64,000 nt of DNA from Cetorhinus maximus (lineage: Eukaryota): NCBI RefSeq assembly GCF_964194155.1, contig NC_135901.1, positions 9,362,001 through 9,426,000 of the forward strand, given 5' to 3'. Position 1 is the first letter of the stretch, and every line of letters starts with the position of its first letter. The notes below the pieces were generated by a model that did no database searches, was not told the DNA's origin, and saw nothing but the letters and a program-made list of their open reading frames with translations. A program made the position numbers and the translations under genes. This document shows, piece by piece, positions 59,781-64,000 of the stretch.

Positions 59781-60014
59781 ATAAAAAACAAAAAACTGCG
59801 GATGCTGGAAATCCAAAACAAATACAGAATTACCTGGAAAAACTCAGCAGGTCTGGCAGCATCGGTGGAGAAGAATAAAGTTGACGTTTCGAGTCCCCAT
59901 GACCCTTCAACAGTTCTGCTGAAGGGTCATGAAGGACTCGAAACGTCAACTTTATTCTTCTCCGCCGATGCTGCCAGACCTGCTGAGATTTTCCAGGTAA
60001 TTCTGTTTTTGTTT
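59781..60014. mobile_element. Penelope-derived fold-back (palindromic) insertion
   Basis: Two inverted copies of the Penelope terminal sequence centred at ~59915; 15-bp TSD cccatgtcctcactg at 59766-59780 and 60015-60029. Confidence 0.9.
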
Positions 60015-60334
60015 CCCATGTCCTCACTGTTGGGAGAGCCTGCAAGGCTAAAATAGGGCTCATTAGTCGTTTGTGAACCCACAGCTAACACTGACATCTC
60101 ACTTCCGCCCAGTCATCGACAAGAAAGAATCATCCCTGACATGAGGGATTGTCAATGGATAACCACAATGTTATCTTCTTTATCTGCGGATCGGATGTCG
60201 GTTACGCAATTGCAGCAGCAGTTAACAGCCTCCTGTGAACTCCTCCATGTGATATCTTAGTGCAGATTTTCAACAATTTATTTTGAGTGTGTTTATGTTA
60301 AATGAGTTAATACTGATTTTATAAACCAATTGTT

Positions 60335-61090
60335 AGGCCTCAGTTGGAGTGCCATATTCATTTCTGAGCATCACACTTTAAACAGGATTTCAAAGCCTTA
60401 GAGGTGATTTACTAGAATGGTACCAAGGATAAGAGGCTTCAGTTATATGGAGAGACTGGAGAAACGGGGATTGTTTTCCTTGGAGCAAAGGGTCAAAAAT
60501 GGAGGTGGTGGCATTGTGGTATTGTCACTGGACTAGTAATCCAAAGACCCAGGAAAATGCTCTGGAGACTGGGTTCGAATCCCACCAAATCTCATGATGA
60601 CCATGAAGTCCTTATCAAATGTCATAGAAACCCATCTGGTTTCTTTAGAGAAGGAAATCTGCCATCCTCACCTGGTCTGGCCTGCATATGACTCCAGACC
60701 CACAGCAATATGGTTGACTCTTAAAATGCCCAGAACTGACACCACATGGACTGCAGCAGTCTGAAAGAAAAAAGATGCAATAGCAGTTTTCAAAATCATG
60801 AACGGCTTTGACAAACTAAAGAAAGAGGAAGGGTCTCCAGTGGCAGAAAAATAGCTAATCAGAGGACACAGATTTCAGAACATCTTTTTTAAGCAGTGTG
60901 TTTTTGTGATCTGGAATGCACTGCCTGAAAGGGTGCTGCAAGCAGATTCAATAGCAACATTCTTGGGAGAATTGAATAAATAGTTGAAGAGAAGAAATAT
61001 CCAAGTCTAGGAGTAAAGAGCAGAGGAGTGGGACTAATTCGATGGCTCCACTAATGAGCTGGTACAAACATGATGAGCTGAACACCTTCC
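60335..61090 (+). mobile_element. decayed CR1 3' fragment interrupted by a SINE
   Basis: RPQLE..RLEKRGLFSLEQR-like sequence and a CR1-type 3' end, split by a SINE at ~60500-60760. Confidence 0.65.
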
Positions 61091-64000
61091 TTTAGCCCCT
61101 GTACCATCTGAAGACAGTGGCAGATGATGCTACCCAGAATGCTTCAGGTGGTAGAATATGGCCCAACAACATCAACAGGGATGCAACACTCAGATTTTTC
61201 TCCGTTTCTTTCGTGAAGGTGCTGTGTGATGGTGAGGTTCAATCCCAGTCTGTTTACCCTCCTGTACCCTGCCAAGTGGTAATTCTGAGCTTATGATCCT
61301 ATACTGTGAGCTATAATAACGGTATTTTATTGAAGAAACAAGTTTTCAGACCAAAGGCTGAATTGCAGTGTGACTTATATGAGGAAATTCACATAGAGAC
61401 TAAATAATCAAGTTAAAAACATGGAAATGTGACAATCAAATACCGGAAACAGGTTCCAATTTAAAACTGGCAGGAAAAATATTTCCAATGATAATAATAA
61501 AATTGGACACCAGAAATGAAATAAAAGGCAGGTTATTTTCTGATAATAACAGTGGCAGAGTATAAGTGTAACAATGACACACACGGTCTGATACAGTAAG
61601 AGTGCAGATGGGGCCCGAAGGAAGAACAGCAAAGGTTTGGCTCTCTTTGAGTGTAACAAATACAGTGTTTGTTCCAATAATAAGAGTCAGGCTGCAGTGT
61701 GTTAGTGAATTCATCATTGGATCCAATGTGATGATAATACAGTCAGTACCTAGTGCACCAAAACCAAAGATTGGGTCTCATATAGCAGTGCGAGCGAGTC
61801 ATGGTCTATTGATATAATATGATATCAATGTGTTGCCTAATCCCTAATAACAGAGCCAAGGATCAATGCAATGTGAATGGGATGGGTTGAGTGTAATAAC
61901 ACAGACACGGTCTATTGGAATATGAACTGACGCCAACATTGACTAATTGGTGGCACTCTCACCCAAAGTCAGAAGGATGTGGGTTCAAGCCCTCTCCAGA
62001 GACCCAACCACATCATCTAAACTGATGCGCCTGGTGTCATTATAAATGGGAGTCTCTGTTCTTTTGCTGGCTATTTTCTTAGACTCAGAAGGAGTGAAGG
62101 GAATGACAGACGGGACAATTCTGGGCAGTTGCTCCATCCAGCAAGGCAGGGATTTCTGGGACATGATTGCAGGTTTGAGGTGTCCGCCCACTCATTAAAA
62201 AACAACCTCTTCCTCTTTGGGTTTGTGAAGGGAGTTATGACAGCAGCACGCGAGACCGACTAGAGTCTGGTGTAAAAATAATCACAAAGGCCAATTCCAG
62301 TTCTTAATAACAGAGGTGGCTTTAACTACAGGTAATCTTACATTAAGGGAGACAAGAGGCCGAATAAAGATTCGATTGTAATAGGAGGACAAGGTGTAAG
62401 GAAGCAATGATATTTGGGTGGCTGTGTTATAGTGAGTGTCACAGGGAGGTGTGTGATAAAATAGGAGTGGAAATATCATGACAGAGATACGTGTGACTGA
62501 CTCCACCTGACTGAGAGCTGTTATACCCAAGGGGAGGGTAATGACGACATGGGGAACTCCAGAGATTTCTGGTATCTGAGGTGACAATGGTGCATCTGTT
62601 AGAGGAACTGAAAAGAACCGGTTCCTTCTCACCCTTGCCTGCAGTTCCCGAGTTACACAGACACACAGGAAACAGATTTGACAGCTCGTCGAAACCAACG
62701 TTTTAAATCTTCTGTTTGAGACACATTATGATTGAAAAGATCAAATGTTAAAACCTCAGGAGAGGAAAATTCAGAATGTCATAAAGATGAGTGAACCATC
62801 CAATTAGTCCCATTCACTACAACTCTGCCAATTATTCCCTCTTCGAGTATTGATCCAATTCCCTTTGAAAATTGCTAACATATCTGCTTCCAAACCCCTG
62901 TCAGTATGTGCATTCCAGGTCACATCAAATCACTGCGTAAAAATGTTCTCCTTATCACTCCCTCCGGGTCTGTTGTCAAATATCTTAAATCTCTGAGTCC
63001 TCTGATTACAAACCTTCCTGCTCCTGGAAACAGTTTCTCCCTTTCGACATTATTACCAATCCTTCCTCATTTTGAACATCTCCATTAAATTTCCCCCTAA
63101 GCTTTTCTGATCTAAGAAGGACAACCCCTGTTTTTCCTGCTCAAAAGAAGAGTGATGTTGGACTGGAAACCTTAAATCTGTTTCTCTGTCCACAGATGCT
63201 GCCAGACCTGCTGAATTTTTCCAGCATTTTCTGCCTTTCGCCATTTTTCCTTCTTTAATCAATCAAAAAACCCTTCATGATATTGAACATCTCAATTAAA
63301 CAGGAACACACTGACATCGAGAGAGATATAGTGGAAAGGAGAGACATAAACTGAGAGAAAAACTGAGACACTTAGAAAAACAGAAAGATGAGGTGGTGAG
63401 AGATAAAGCTGAGAAATAGAGGAAGCAAGGAATACAGAATGATATGAGAGAATGATATAAAATGGAAAGGAGCAGGCTATCAGTTCCTGGCTATGGAGAG
63501 CAGAGGGAACTCAGTTACTGATCCACAGACACGGCCACATATGTCCGGGAATGGAGACTCTGAACAGAAACAACAGGCTTATTTGTAAATGTCACCGCAA
63601 TGTAATCTGTGTGACTCTGCCCTGACTCTCTGGCCAGATATAGGCCGCCTTGACAGATGTTCTTACCCGACTGTAGCCCCTGGATTTATTTTCTGCTCAG
63701 AAGTGAGATGTGTGGTTAGGAACCAGCAGCAGAGAAACAGGAAGTTGTGTTTCCTGAGAATGAAACAGCAGGTGTTAGTTTCATGTTATCTCCGAGAACA
63801 GTCTTCCTGCCTGTGAGGGTGACTCACTCTGACAGCATCAAAAAGAACCACACAGATTGCTGCCAGTCTCAGCATTACATTCACCTCCATTCCCAATTTA
63901 AAGATTTAAACATATGAGCTTATTTGGGGTTTTACCATATTCACTGAAGGGGGAAACAAGCTGATGGTTATCCTTGGGAGAAATAAGGGGAAATTATATA

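Overview
This is eukaryotic vertebrate DNA. The repeat repertoire and the [11 protein letters not shown] / [12 protein letters not shown]-type zinc-finger genes suggest a cartilaginous fish (shark); that assignment is inference. The window is a tandem cluster of C2H2 zinc-finger genes with no KRAB domain visible: 8 arrays plus 2 relics, some intact and some truncated or pseudogenised. Most have a GC-rich promoter (NRF1/YY1/ZNF143 type or double-CCAAT type), a short non-coding first exon and a single zinc-finger coding exon, all embedded in dense retroelement debris (CR1-group, L2, RTE, Penelope-like, tRNA-SINEs). Main observations: (1) an intact, young 5.27-kb Tx1-clade LINE (23571-28836) whose 5' end is U2 snRNA nt 4-37. 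The U2 head lies inside the target-site duplication and the target is an old RTE, not a U2 gene, so a U2-headed transcript retrotransposed as one unit. It landed about 500 bp downstream of an orphan ZNF-type promoter. (2) Penelope-like elements carrying minimal hammerhead-ribozyme motifs, including a 234-bp fold-back insertion with a 15-bp TSD. (3) A Gmr1-type (IN before RT, SCAN-like gag) Gypsy provirus next to a ZF exon. (4) A near-identical promoter + tRNA-Val pseudogene block shared by two diverged ZNF genes. All calls were made by eye; boundaries of degraded repeats are approximate.
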